The translations under genes were made by a program, and so were the position numbers. The notes below the pieces were generated by a model. The model had not been told where the DNA came from. It made no database searches and saw only the letters and a list, made by a program, of their open reading frames with translations. Shown here piece after piece: positions 17,639 through 26,598 of a stretch of 32,000 nucleotides of DNA (position 1 is the stretch's first letter; the number at the start of each line of letters is the position of its first letter). Origin of the DNA: Pseudomonas aeruginosa (GTDB lineage: Bacteria; Pseudomonadota; Gammaproteobacteria; Pseudomonadales; Pseudomonadaceae); NCBI RefSeq assembly GCF_001457615.1, contig NZ_LN831024.1:2130001-2162000 (forward strand), in the 5' to 3' direction.

Positions 17639-20600
17639 TCAGGCATGCGGGCGCGAGGTTTCGCTTTCCTCGGTCTTTTTCGCGTGCTCCGTGTCGGTGG
17701 CGTCTTCGCCGGAAGCTTCAGGCTCGGCCTGTACCGCTTCCTGGGCTTCGTCCGCCTGGGACGGAACGTCGGCCTGGGCGATTTCTTCAGCCTGGGGTAC
17801 AGCAGGTTCCTCCTGGGCCGACGCTTCCTCGCTCGCTACAGCCGGGACCTCCTCGACGGCGGGAGCGGCCTGAGCTGCCGCTTCGGCTGCTGCTGCGGCT
17901 TCGCGTGCCAGACGCTCGGCTTCGCGTTGCAGGCGACGTTTTTCCCGTGGGTCGTTGAGGGCACGGCCGGTCGCGTTGGCCGGCACCGCCGCGATGGCCG
18001 GGGTCGGCTCTTCGGTGGTTGCGGGCTCGCTAGGGGCTGCTGCTTCGACGGGCACCGGGGCGGCAACTTCTTCGGCCGCTTCCGTTGCCGGTTGCACGGC
18101 GCTCTCGGCGTCTTCGCGGCTTTCCACGCTTTCGCTGGCGAAGGGAGCTTCTTCAGTGGCTTGCGCGACCAGCAGGGTGCTCTGGTCGGCTTCGTCCCGG
18201 ACCACGCTGACGGTCACCGGCGCTTCGATGTCGGCGGTTTCGCCGGCATTGGCCTCGCTGTCCGCGCCCTGGGTTTCGACGGCTTCGCTGGTCGGCGCGT
18301 CGGTTTCATCGCTTGCCGTGGTTTCGCTGGCAGCCTCGCTGGTAGTGGCCGGGGCTTGCTCCACGTTTGCTTCTACGGCTTCGCTGGCGACAGCGATACC
18401 GGCAGCAGCGGCGGCTGCGACGGTGTTCAGCGGCGCGGCGGCGTTATCGGTCGCCTCGCTGCCTTCCAGCTCACCGCTGACCTCGCGCTGGCGTTCGCGG
18501 CGGTTGCTGCGACGACGCTGGCCGCGGGAGCGGCGGCGCGGGCGCTCGCCATCGGTATCGTCCTGCTCGTCCTGCTCCAGGCTCTCGTCGTTCGGCAGTG
18601 CCTCGGCTTCCAGGGCCGCGGCGTCGCGAGCCTGGCGATCCTCGCGCGGCTGGCGCTCTTCGCGGGCCGGGCGCTCGGCGCGTTCTTCACGGCCTTCGCG
18701 GGGTTGTCGCTCTTCGCGGGCCGGGCGTTCGGCGCGCTCTTCGCGGCGGCGTTCGCTGCGTTCCTCGCGACCTTCGCGGCCTTCGCGCGGCTGGCGCTCT
18801 TCGCGGGGTGTCCGCTCGGCGCGCTCTTCACGGCCTTCGCGCGGCTGGCGCTCCTCGCGAGCCGGGCGCTCGGCGCGCTCTTCGCGGCGACGTTCGCTGC
18901 GCTCTTCGCGCGGTTGACGCTCTGCACGCTCCTCGCGCGGTTTGCGCTCTTCGTCGCGGCGATTGCCATCGCGGCCATCGCGGCGGCGGTTCTGCTGGCG
19001 GCCGTTGCGACGCTCGTCCTGGCGGGTTTGGCGCTCGGCAGCCGGCTTGCTGGTTTCAGCAGGCTTGGCGGCAGGTTGATCCTTGCCTGCGAACAGGCCG
19101 ACCAGGGACTTCACCAGGCCCTGGAACAGGCTCGGCTCGGGCATCGGCTTGGCCGGCTCGACCGGTGCTTCGGTGTGTTGCGGTGCGGGCTGCTGGGGAG
19201 CGACGGTCTTGACTGCTGCTTCCTGGCGGACCAGGGTGCGGGTCGAGCTGACCGGCTGGGCTTCTTCGTGCTCGACGGTGGCCATTTCGTAGCTGGTCTG
19301 GCCGGCAACCAGTTCGGGGCTGTCATCGCGCAGACGCTGGACTTCGAAATGCGGGGTTTCCAGATGATCGTCCGGCAGGATGAAGATGCGCGCGCGGGTA
19401 CGCAGTTCGATCTTGGTGATGGCGTTGCGCTTCTCGTTGAGCAGGAAGGCGGCGACCTGGAAGGGCACGCGGGCGCGGACTTCCGCGGTGCGGTCCTTCA
19501 GGGCTTCTTCCTCGATCAGGCGCAGGATGGCCAGCGACAGCGACTCGACGTCGCGGATGATGCCCTGGCCGTTGCAGCGCGGGCAGACGATGCCGCTGGT
19601 CTCGCCGAGGGACGGACGCAGGCGCTGGCGGGACATTTCCAGCAGGCCGAAGCGCGAGATGCGACCGACCTGGACGCGCGCGCGGTCGGCCTCGAGGGCT
19701 TCGCGGACACGCTCTTCCACGGCGCGCTGGTTCTTCGCCGGGGTCATGTCGATGAAGTCGATGACGATCAGGCCGCCGATGTCACGCAGGCGCAGCTGGC
19801 GGGCGATTTCCTCGGCCGCTTCCAGGTTGGTCTGCAGGGCGGTTTCCTCGATGTCGCCGCCCTTGGTGGCGCGCGCCGAGTTGATGTCGATGGAAACCAG
19901 GGCCTCGGTCGGGTCGATGACGATGGAGCCGCCGGACGGCAGCTTCACTTCGCGCTGGAAAGCGGTCTCGATCTGGCTCTCGATCTGGAAGCGATTGAAC
20001 AGCGGAACGCTGTCCTGGTACAGCTTCACCTTGCTGGCGTACTGCGGCATCACCTGGCGGATGAAGTTCAGGGCTTCTTCCTGGGCGTCGATGCTGTCGA
20101 TCAGCACTTCGCCGATGTCCTGGCGCAGGTAGTCGCGGATGGCGCGGATGATGACGTTGCTTTCCTGGTAGATCAGGAAGGGCGCGCCACGTTCGCCGGA
20201 CGCTTCCTTGATCGCGCTCCACAGTTGCAGCAGGTAGTCGAGGTCCCACTGCAGTTCCTCGGTGCTGCGGCCGAGGCCGGCGGTGCGCACGATCAGGCCC
20301 ATGTCGGCCGGTGCGTTGAGGCCGTTCAGGGCCTCGCGCAGCTCGTTGCGCTCTTCGCCTTCGATACGGCGGGAGATGCCGCCGGCGCGCGGGTTGTTCG
20401 GCATCAGCACCAGGTAACGGCCGGCCAGGCTGATGAAGGTGGTCAGGGCGGCGCCCTTGTTGCCGCGCTCTTCCTTCTCGACCTGGACGATGACTTCCTG
20501 GCCTTCGCTCAGGACTTCCTTGATGTTGATCCGGCCTTCGGGGGATTTCTTGAAGTATTCGCGGGAGATTTCTTTGAGGGGGAGGAAGCCGTGGCGTTCG

Positions 20601-20785
20601 GCGCCGAAGTCGACGAAGGCGGCTTCGAGGCTGGGTTCGACGCGAGTGATGCGGCCTTTGTAGATGTTGGCCTTCTTCTGCTCGCGGGCGCCCGACTCGA
20701 TGTCGAGGTCGAACAGGCGTTGGCCGTCGACCAGTGCAACACGCAACTCCTCGGGTTGAGTCGCGTTGATCAGCATTCTTTTCAT
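17639..20785 (-). CDS. rne: Ribonuclease E
   Basis: 1048 aa from ATG 20785. [31 protein letters not shown] is near-identical to the E. coli RNase E N-terminus. It has the S1 and catalytic domains, the CPRCNGQG Zn-link, and a long Arg/Glu/Pro-rich scaffold C-terminus. Confidence 0.95.
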   Translation of the reverse strand: MKRMLINATQPEELRVALVDGQRLFDLDIESGAREQKKANIYKGRITRVEPSLEAAFVDFGAERHGFLPLKEISREYFKKSPEGRINIKEVLSEGQEVIVQVEKEERGNKGAALTTFISLAGRYLVLMPNNPRAGGISRRIEGEERNELREALNGLNAPADMGLIVRTAGLGRSTEELQWDLDYLLQLWSAIKEASGERGAPFLIYQESNVIIRAIRDYLRQDIGEVLIDSIDAQEEALNFIRQVMPQYASKVKLYQDSVPLFNRFQIESQIETAFQREVKLPSGGSIVIDPTEALVSIDINSARATKGGDIEETALQTNLEAAEEIARQLRLRDIGGLIVIDFIDMTPAKNQRAVEERVREALEADRARVQVGRISRFGLLEMSRQRLRPSLGETSGIVCPRCNGQGIIRDVESLSLAILRLIEEEALKDRTAEVRARVPFQVAAFLLNEKRNAITKIELRTRARIFILPDDHLETPHFEVQRLRDDSPELVAGQTSYEMATVEHEEAQPVSSTRTLVRQEAAVKTVAPQQPAPQHTEAPVEPAKPMPEPSLFQGLVKSLVGLFAGKDQPAAKPAETSKPAAERQTRQDERRNGRQQNRRRDGRDGNRRDEERKPREERAERQPREERSERRREERAERPAREERQPREGREERAERTPREERQPREGREGREERSERRREERAERPAREERQPREGREERAERPAREERQPREDRQARDAAALEAEALPNDESLEQDEQDDTDGERPRRRSRGQRRRSNRRERQREVSGELEGSEATDNAAAPLNTVAAAAAAGIAVASEAVEANVEQAPATTSEAASETTASDETDAPTSEAVETQGADSEANAGETADIEAPVTVSVVRDEADQSTLLVAQATEEAPFASESVESREDAESAVQPATEAAEEVAAPVPVEAAAPSEPATTEEPTPAIAAVPANATGRALNDPREKRRLQREAERLAREAAAAAEAAAQAAPAVEEVPAVASEEASAQEEPAVPQAEEIAQADVPSQADEAQEAVQAEPEASGEDATDTEHAKKTEESETSRPHA
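18629..18910. repeat. Imperfect 2 x 141-bp tandem repeat inside the rne scaffold region
   Basis: The 47-aa unit [33 protein letters not shown](T/P)(P/A)REERQPRE.. occurs twice. The unit starts on the minus strand are at 18910 and 18769. Shorter REERAER sub-repeats lie within the units and continue beyond them to about 18960. Confidence 0.85.
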
Positions 20786-21150
20786 GTAGTACCAATGGTT
20801 TCCGGGGCTGCCGGAAACGGCGATCGGCACACACGACTCTCACGGTCGGTGCTCGGGCGCGTATTCAGGAATGGCGGGCCATTCCCGTGTCCAGCGGCGC
20901 TCGGCACTGGGTGCCGGTCCGCGACTACGTCTCCTGCTTCCTGTGTTTCAGAAGCACTTGAGTCAGGAGGAGGAATCGGCTGTCGGAGGCGGACGAAAAA
21001 TGCGTCTGGATCAAGCTAGAAGCTACGCAGTCCAACAGCCGTACATCTCCACCCTACACATGTTCCTTAAGAATCGGGCGCCGCTCGCAGTATCCGGAGC
21101 GGGTTGGCATCTCGCGCTCACCGAAGTGGTCGCGGCTCATGTTTCAAGGC
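20786..21150 (-). promoter_or_regulatory. rne 5' leader / autoregulatory region (upstream extent approximate)
   Basis: A 552-bp (20786-21337, to the first rluC candidate ATG at 21338) non-coding gap separates divergent rne and rluC. It has lower GC and several hairpins on the rne strand, for example 20798-20818 (GTTTCCGG/CCGGAAAC), about 20868-20887 and 20901-20915. RNase E genes are known to carry long autoregulatory leaders. The TSS was not determined. Confidence 0.45.
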
Positions 21151-21361
21151 TTTGGTTTCGAGTCGTTAGCGGGTTGGAAATTTTCGTATTTCCGCTGAAA
21201 CGCCTCTGTAGGACGGCCTGACGTCCGTTCAAAGTGTTTGCAGGCGAGGGGGAAATGCAGGTTGGCAATCATCCGCAGGCCAGGCCGCTTATGGCGGCTT
21301 CCCGACTATAGCAGCAATGATTAAGTGCTTCAATTGAATGAAAAATTGTTATGATGTACGG

Positions 21362-22318
21362 ATGACTACTCCCGCCTCTCCGACCACCGGTGTCCAGCTG
21401 CTCGATGTGCCGCCGGAACTGGCTGGTCAACGTATCGACAATTTCCTTATCGCCCGTCTCAAGGGTGCGCCCAAGACCCTGATCTATCGCATCCTGCGTA
21501 AGGGCGAAGTGCGCGTGAACAAGGGGCGGATCAAGCCCGACTATCGGCTCCAGGCCGGAGACCAGGTGCGCGTGCCGCCGCTGCGCCTGGCCGAGCGTGA
21601 TGAGCCGGCGCCGCTGGCGCAGGGGCTGCTGGAGCGGATGGAGGCGGCGATCGTCTACGAGGACAAGGCGCTGATCGTGGTCAACAAGCCCGCCGGGATC
21701 GCCGTGCATGGCGGCAGCGGCGTGAGCGCCGGGGTCATCGAGGTGTTTCGCCAGTTGCGCCCCGATGCCAAGGATATCGAATTGGTGCATCGTCTCGATC
21801 GCGATACCTCCGGCCTGCTGATGATCGCCAAGAAGCGCAGCATGTTGCGTCACCTGCATGAGGCCCTGCGGGGCGAGAAGATCGTCGACAAGCGCTATCA
21901 CGCCCTGGTCCGTGGCCACTGGCCGGCTGGCAAGAAGAACGTGCGCGCGCCGCTGCTGAAGAACAACCTGCGTTCGGGCGAGCGAATGGTAGAGGTGAAC
22001 GTCGAGGGCAAGGACGCGCTGACCGAGTTCCGGGTGCTGCGTCGCTTCGGCGATTTCGCCACCCTGGTGGAAGCACGCCCGATCACCGGGCGGACCCACC
22101 AGATCCGCGTGCATGCCAAGCACGCCGGGCATGCCATCGCCGGCGACCCGAAGTATGGCGACGAGGATTTCTCCCGCGAGATCCGCGAGCTGGGCGGCAA
22201 GCGCCTGTTCCTGCATGCCGCGCAGTTGCGCGTGCCGCTGCCCGACGGGCAGGTGCTGGAGCTGGAGGCGCCGGTGGACGAGATGTGGCAGCGTTCGCTG
22301 GAGCGTTTGAATGACTGA
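21362..22318 (+). CDS. rluC: 23S rRNA pseudouridine synthase RluC
   Basis: 318 aa from ATG 21362 (alternative ATG 21338). It has an S4 domain (QRIDNFL...[12 protein letters not shown]) and the RluA-family catalytic motif HRLDRDTSG. It is divergent from rne, as in E. coli. Confidence 0.88.
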
Positions 22319-23003
22319 CTACGCGTTGCTGGTATTCGATTGGGACGGCACCCTGGTCGACTCGATCGCGCGCATCGTCGATTCGATGAAGGCGGCGGCG
22401 CGGGAAACCGCTCTGCCGGAGCGGGACGATACCCGGATCAAGGGCATCATCGGCCTCGGCTTGCCCGAGGCGATCGCTTCGCTCTATCCGGAGGTTGGCG
22501 ATCCTGCTCTGGTCGAGCGTTTCCGGTGTGCCTACAGCGAGCATTACCTGGCGCAGGAAGCGCAGCCGTCGCGGTTGTTCCCCGGCGTGGCCGAAGCCAT
22601 GGTGCATTTTCGCGAGGCCGGGTTCCGCCTGGCGGTCGCCACCGGCAAGAGTCGGCGCGGCCTGGACCGGGTGCTGGCGGGGCATGGCTGGAGCGATTTC
22701 TTCGATATCACCCGCTGCGCCGACGAAACGGCCAGCAAGCCGGACCCGTTGATGCTCCACGAGATCCTGGCGCACTGCCGGGTCGAGCCGGGGCGGGCGC
22801 TGATGATCGGTGATTCGCCGTTCGACCTGGAAATGGCGCGACGGGCGGGGATGGATTCGGTTGCGGTGGCCTATGGCGCCCAATCGCTGGAGCAGTTGCG
22901 GCCTTATGCGCCGCAGCTGGAAGTTGAGCATTTCACCGAGTTGCGCGCCTGGTTGGGCGGTGCTCGACGTGAGGCGGTTTCAGGAGTGGTTGAGCATGTC
23001 TGA
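22311..23003 (+). CDS. HAD-superfamily hydrolase (phosphoglycolate phosphatase-like)
   Basis: 230 aa with HAD motif [13 protein letters not shown], motif II ATGKS and motif [10 protein letters not shown]. Its start overlaps the rluC stop by 8 nt. Confidence 0.85.
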
Positions 23004-23976
23004 CGAGTGGAAGTCGGAAACGCCGAAAGCGAATGACGACAAGAGCTGGAAGCTGCTGGAAAAGGCGGTCCTCGCCGGGGTCCAGGAGCAGCGGCGGGCG
23101 CGGCGCTGGGGGATATTCTTCAAGTCGCTGACCTTCATCTATCTCTTTGTCGTGCTGCTGGCCTTCAGTCCGTTCGGCAGCCTGGAGAAATCGGCCTCGC
23201 GCAGCGGTAGCCACACGGCACTGATCGAGGTGAAGGGCATGATCGCCGACGATGAGCCGGCCAGTGCCGACAATATCGTCACTGCCCTGCGCGCGGCGTT
23301 CAAGGATGAGGGTACCAAGGGGATCGTCCTGCGGATCAGCAGTCCGGGCGGCAGTCCGGTGCAGTCCGGCTATATCTATGACGAGATTCGTCGCCTGCGC
23401 GGCGAGCACCCGAACGTCAAGGTCTATGCGGTGATCAGCGACCTGGGTGCCTCCGGCGCCTACTACATCGCCAGCGCCGCCGACCAGATCTACGCCGACA
23501 AGGCCAGCCTGGTCGGCTCCATCGGCGTGACGGCGGCCAGCTTCGGTTTCGTCGGCACCATGGAGAAGCTCGGTGTCGAGCGGCGCGTCTATACCTCCGG
23601 CGAGCACAAGTCGTTCCTCGATCCTTTCCAGCCGCAAAAGCCCGAGGAGACCCAGTTCTGGCAGCAGGTGCTGGATACCACCCACAAGCAGTTCATCGAC
23701 AGCGTGAAAAAAGGGCGCGGCGACCGGCTCAAGGTCGAGGGGCATCCGGAGCTGTTCTCGGGTCTGGTCTGGTCCGGCGAACAGGCATTGCAGCTGGGTT
23801 TGATCGACGGCCTGGGCAATGCCAGCTATGTGGCGCGCGAAGTGGTGAAGGAGAAGAAGATCGAGGACTACACCGTGCAGGAGTCGCCTTTCGATCGCTT
23901 CGCCAAGAAGTTCGGTGCCAGTGTGGCGGAGCGCCTCGCGCTGTGGATGGGCTGGCAGGGCCCGGTATTGCGCTGA
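22996..23976 (+). CDS. S49-family peptidase (SppA 36K / SohB-like)
   Basis: 326 aa from ATG 22996, overlapping the HAD stop by 8 nt. It has an N-terminal TM segment and the ClpP/crotonase-like S49 core (ISSPGGSPV...GASGAYYIASAAD). Confidence 0.85.
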   Translation: MSDEWKSETPKANDDKSWKLLEKAVLAGVQEQRRARRWGIFFKSLTFIYLFVVLLAFSPFGSLEKSASRSGSHTALIEVKGMIADDEPASADNIVTALRAAFKDEGTKGIVLRISSPGGSPVQSGYIYDEIRRLRGEHPNVKVYAVISDLGASGAYYIASAADQIYADKASLVGSIGVTAASFGFVGTMEKLGVERRVYTSGEHKSFLDPFQPQKPEETQFWQQVLDTTHKQFIDSVKKGRGDRLKVEGHPELFSGLVWSGEQALQLGLIDGLGNASYVAREVVKEKKIEDYTVQESPFDRFAKKFGASVAERLALWMGWQGPVLR

Positions 23977-23994
23977 GAGCGTTTCCCTTCCTTA

Positions 23995-24030
23995 TATAAA
24001 GAAGCCCGGCCGAAGCCGGGCTTCTTTATA
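23995..24030. terminator. Bidirectional terminator between the S49 peptidase gene and maf
   Basis: TATAAAGAAGCCCGGC, loop CGAA, GCCGGGCTTCTTTATA form a 16-bp perfect stem. The A/T-rich arms provide U-tracts in both directions. Confidence 0.85.
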
Positions 24031-24057
24031 TGGGAATGCCGGATATGGGAATGCCGG
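24028..24057. repeat. Perfect 15-bp tandem duplication (ATATGGGAATGCCGG x2)
   Basis: The copies span 24028-24042 and 24043-24057. The first 3 nt overlap the terminator's right arm. The repeat ends 1 nt before the maf stop codon (24059-24061). Confidence 0.95.
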
Positions 24058-24058
24058 C

Positions 24059-24637
24059 TCAGGGGATTTCGACGCCTTCCTCGAGGAGCATGTCGACCAG
24101 GCGGATCAGGGGCAGTCCCACCAGGCTGGTGGCGTCCTCTCCTTCGGTGGAGCGGAACAGGCTGACGCCCAGGCCTTCCGCCTTGAAGCTGCCGGCGCAG
24201 TCCAGCGGGCGTTCCGCTTCGACGTAGCGGCGGATGCGGCTCTCGTCGAGGTGGCGGAAGTGCACGGTGAACGGCACGCATGCCACCTGGATGCGTCGGC
24301 TGGCGCTGTTGAGGAGGGCCAGTCCGGTGAGGAAGGTCACGCTCTTGCCGCTGGCGTCCCGTAGCTGCTGGATGGCGCGTTCGGGGGTGTGCGGCTTGCC
24401 GAGGATGTTGCCGTCGAGTACGGCGACCTGGTCGGAGCCGATCACCAGGTGTTGCGGATAGCGTCCGGCCAGCGCTTCGGCCTTGCTGGCGGAAAGGCGG
24501 CGCACCAGTTCCTCGGCACTTTCCCCGGGGCGATGGCTTTCGTCGATATCGGGGCTGGCGCTTTCGAAGGGAAGGCGCAGGCGGGTCAGGAGTTCGCGTC
24601 GGTAGGGGGAGCTGGAGGCGAGGATCAGGTCGGGCAT
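24059..24637 (-). CDS. maf: Maf-family nucleoside triphosphate pyrophosphatase (YceF-type)
   Basis: 192 aa from ATG 24637 (MPDLILASSSPYRRELL), with GGAGAA 6 nt upstream. An in-frame ATG at 24649 is less likely because it lacks an SD. The gene is divergent from yceD, as in E. coli. Confidence 0.9.
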   Translation of the reverse strand: MPDLILASSSPYRRELLTRLRLPFESASPDIDESHRPGESAEELVRRLSASKAEALAGRYPQHLVIGSDQVAVLDGNILGKPHTPERAIQQLRDASGKSVTFLTGLALLNSASRRIQVACVPFTVHFRHLDESRIRRYVEAERPLDCAGSFKAEGLGVSLFRSTEGEDATSLVGLPLIRLVDMLLEEGVEIP

Positions 24638-24709
24638 GAGGTTCTCCATGGCGAGCGGCCGATTTTAACGAAAAGACTCGTCCTTACAGCGGTTTATGGC
24701 TAATTTCCT

Positions 24710-24737
24710 TTGACAGGCGCGGGGGCGTCCCTATAAT
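24710..24737 (+). promoter_or_regulatory. Near-consensus sigma70 promoter upstream of yceD-rpmF-plsX-fab
   Basis: TTGACA (24710-24715), a 16-nt spacer, then TATAAT (24732-24737). A GC-rich discriminator GGCGCGC follows. The yceD ATG lies only 9 nt beyond the -10 element. Confidence 0.55.
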
Positions 24738-24746
24738 GGCGCGCTT

Positions 24747-25283
24747 ATGTTGAATGGGCCGATTCCACCTCATATCGATCCGCGCAAGTTGGTCGACCGC
24801 GGCGCCACCCTCGAGGGTGTGTACGCGCTCGCCGATATGCCGCGTGTATGCGAGCAACTGACCAGCGATGCCGGTGAGGTGCGCGTGAAGGTTTCCTTCG
24901 AGCGCGACCACCAGAAGCTGGCGGTCATGCATATGCAGCTCGATACCGAGGTGAGCATGGTATGCCAACGCTGCCTGGATGCGGCGGCCATTCCCGTGCA
25001 TGGCGAATATACCTACGCCATTCTTCGGGAAGGTCAGTCCGCCGACGGTCTGCCGAAGGGGTACGATGCGCTGGAAGTGGGGGAGGAACCCCTGGACCTG
25101 CTGGCGCTGGTCGAGGACGAGCTGTTGCTCGCCTTACCCATCGTTCCGGCCCATGACCCCGAAGTATGTCAGCACCCGGCTGGATTCGTCGTCGAAGACG
25201 AGCCGGAGTCGAGCGAAGTCGAGGACAAGCGTCCTAATCCGTTCAGCGTACTGGCACAGTTGAAGCGTGACCCAAACGTTTAG
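24747..25283 (+). CDS. yceD: YceD-family (DUF177) large-subunit ribosome maturation protein
   Basis: 178 aa with the CxxC pair (CQRCLD), the acidic LVEDELLLALP segment and the C-terminal NPFSVLAQLK, all typical of YceD. It lies directly upstream of rpmF. Confidence 0.85.
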   Translation: MLNGPIPPHIDPRKLVDRGATLEGVYALADMPRVCEQLTSDAGEVRVKVSFERDHQKLAVMHMQLDTEVSMVCQRCLDAAAIPVHGEYTYAILREGQSADGLPKGYDALEVGEEPLDLLALVEDELLLALPIVPAHDPEVCQHPAGFVVEDEPESSEVEDKRPNPFSVLAQLKRDPNV

Positions 25284-25296
25284 GAGTTAATCAATC

Positions 25297-25479
25297 ATGG
25301 CTGTTCAGCAGAACAAAAAGTCTCGTTCCGCTCGTGACATGCGTCGTTCCCACGATGCGCTCGAGTCCAATGCTCTGTCCGTGGAAAAGAGCACCGGTGA
25401 AGTCCACCTGCGCCACCACGTATCCCCGGACGGCTTCTATCGCGGCCGTAAGGTAGTAGACAAGGGCTCCGACGAGTAA
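25297..25479 (+). CDS. rpmF: 50S ribosomal protein L32
   Basis: 60 aa beginning [22 protein letters not shown], the canonical L32 N-terminus. SD taggag lies upstream. Confidence 0.97.
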
Positions 25480-25482
25480 TCC

Positions 25483-26493
25483 TTGTCCGCACCAATCATC
25501 GCGATTGATGCAATGGGTGGGGACTTCGGTCCCCACTGCGTTGTTCCGGCCTCTATTGCCTTCCTGGCCGAGAATTCCTCTTCGCAACTGATCCTCGTCG
25601 GTCAGCCTGCCCTCCTCGAAGAACTCCTTTCCCGCTATCCGTCGCTCGACCGGCAGCGCCTGCGTGTGCATGCGGCCAGCGAAGTGATAGGTTCAGACGA
25701 ACGTCCCTCCCAGGCCTTGCGTGGCAAGCCGGACGCTTCCATGCGCGTGGCGCTGGAGCTGGTCCGCGACGGCCGGGCGCACGCGTGCGTCAGCGCCGGC
25801 AATACCGGGGCGTTGATGGCGCTGTCGCGGCACCTGCTGAAGACCCTGCCCGGTATCGACCGCCCTGCGATGGTGACGGCGGTTCCGACCGAGAAGGGGC
25901 ATTGTCATCTGCTCGACCTCGGCGCCAACGTGGATTGCAGTGCCGAGCATCTCTATCAGTTCGCGGTGATGGGCGCGGTGGCGGCAGAGGCCTTGGGCTG
26001 CGTCTCGCCCCGGGTCGCCCTGCTCAACGTGGGGACCGAGGAGATCAAGGGCAACCAGCAGGTCAAGCTGGCGGCGAGTCTGTTGCAGAAGGCGCAGGGG
26101 TTGAATTTCAGCGGATACATAGAGGGCGATGGCCTGTATCGCGGCGAGGCCGACGTGGTGGTCTGCGACGGTTTCGTCGGCAACATCCTGCTGAAGGCCA
26201 GCGAAGGCCTGGCTGCCATGGTGTCGGCGCGGATCGAACAGCGCTTCCGCGATGGACTGGCGGCGAAGCTGGTCGGTGCGCTGGCGTTGCCGCTGCTGCG
26301 CCGGCTGCGCGGCGATATCGCTCCGGCACGCTATAACGGCGCCAGTTTCCTCGGATTGCAGGGGATAGTGGTGAAAAGCCATGGGTCTGCCGCCGAGGAG
26401 GGTTTCCAGAGCGCCTTGCGTCGCGCGGCACTGGAAGTCCGGGAAAACCTGCCGCAACGATTGCATGGCCGTCTCGAGCATCTGCTGCTCTAA
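25483..26493 (+). CDS. plsX: Phosphate acyltransferase PlsX
   Basis: 336 aa with an apparent TTG start. The N-terminus ([17 protein letters not shown]) aligns with the start of E. coli PlsX (..LTLALDVMGGDFGP), which supports the non-ATG start. Confidence 0.9.
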   Translation: MSAPIIAIDAMGGDFGPHCVVPASIAFLAENSSSQLILVGQPALLEELLSRYPSLDRQRLRVHAASEVIGSDERPSQALRGKPDASMRVALELVRDGRAHACVSAGNTGALMALSRHLLKTLPGIDRPAMVTAVPTEKGHCHLLDLGANVDCSAEHLYQFAVMGAVAAEALGCVSPRVALLNVGTEEIKGNQQVKLAASLLQKAQGLNFSGYIEGDGLYRGEADVVVCDGFVGNILLKASEGLAAMVSARIEQRFRDGLAAKLVGALALPLLRRLRGDIAPARYNGASFLGLQGIVVKSHGSAAEEGFQSALRRAALEVRENLPQRLHGRLEHLLL

Positions 26494-26598
26494 TGTGTGA
26501 CCGGGCGGTCCAGGCAGCCATCCAACACTCAGTTTCCTGCGCCAGTCGCGGCTGGCGCGTTATCTCCGACGAGCAAAAGACCACAAGGGACCTATTCA

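Noticed and set aside
18600-18960. A regularly spaced repeat pattern that superficially resembles a repeat array
   Set aside because: It lies entirely within the rne coding frame and encodes Arg/Glu-rich protein repeats. There are no unique spacers, no palindromic repeat units and no cas genes, so it is not a CRISPR array.
17483-21019. A 1178-aa plus-strand ORF covering the whole rne locus, the largest ORF in the track
   Set aside because: It is the antisense shadow of rne in a GC-rich genome. Its translation is low-complexity (Gly/Ala/Arg/Leu/Phe runs) with no recognisable domain, whereas the minus-strand frame is an unmistakable RNase E.
20871-21221. A 116-aa plus-strand ORF in the rne-rluC intergenic region
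   Set aside because: It has no SD and many A/T-ending codons (cat, cgt, ctt, ttt, aaa, gat, caa, aga...) atypical of this genome. It lies antisense to the probable rne leader and has no recognisable motif.
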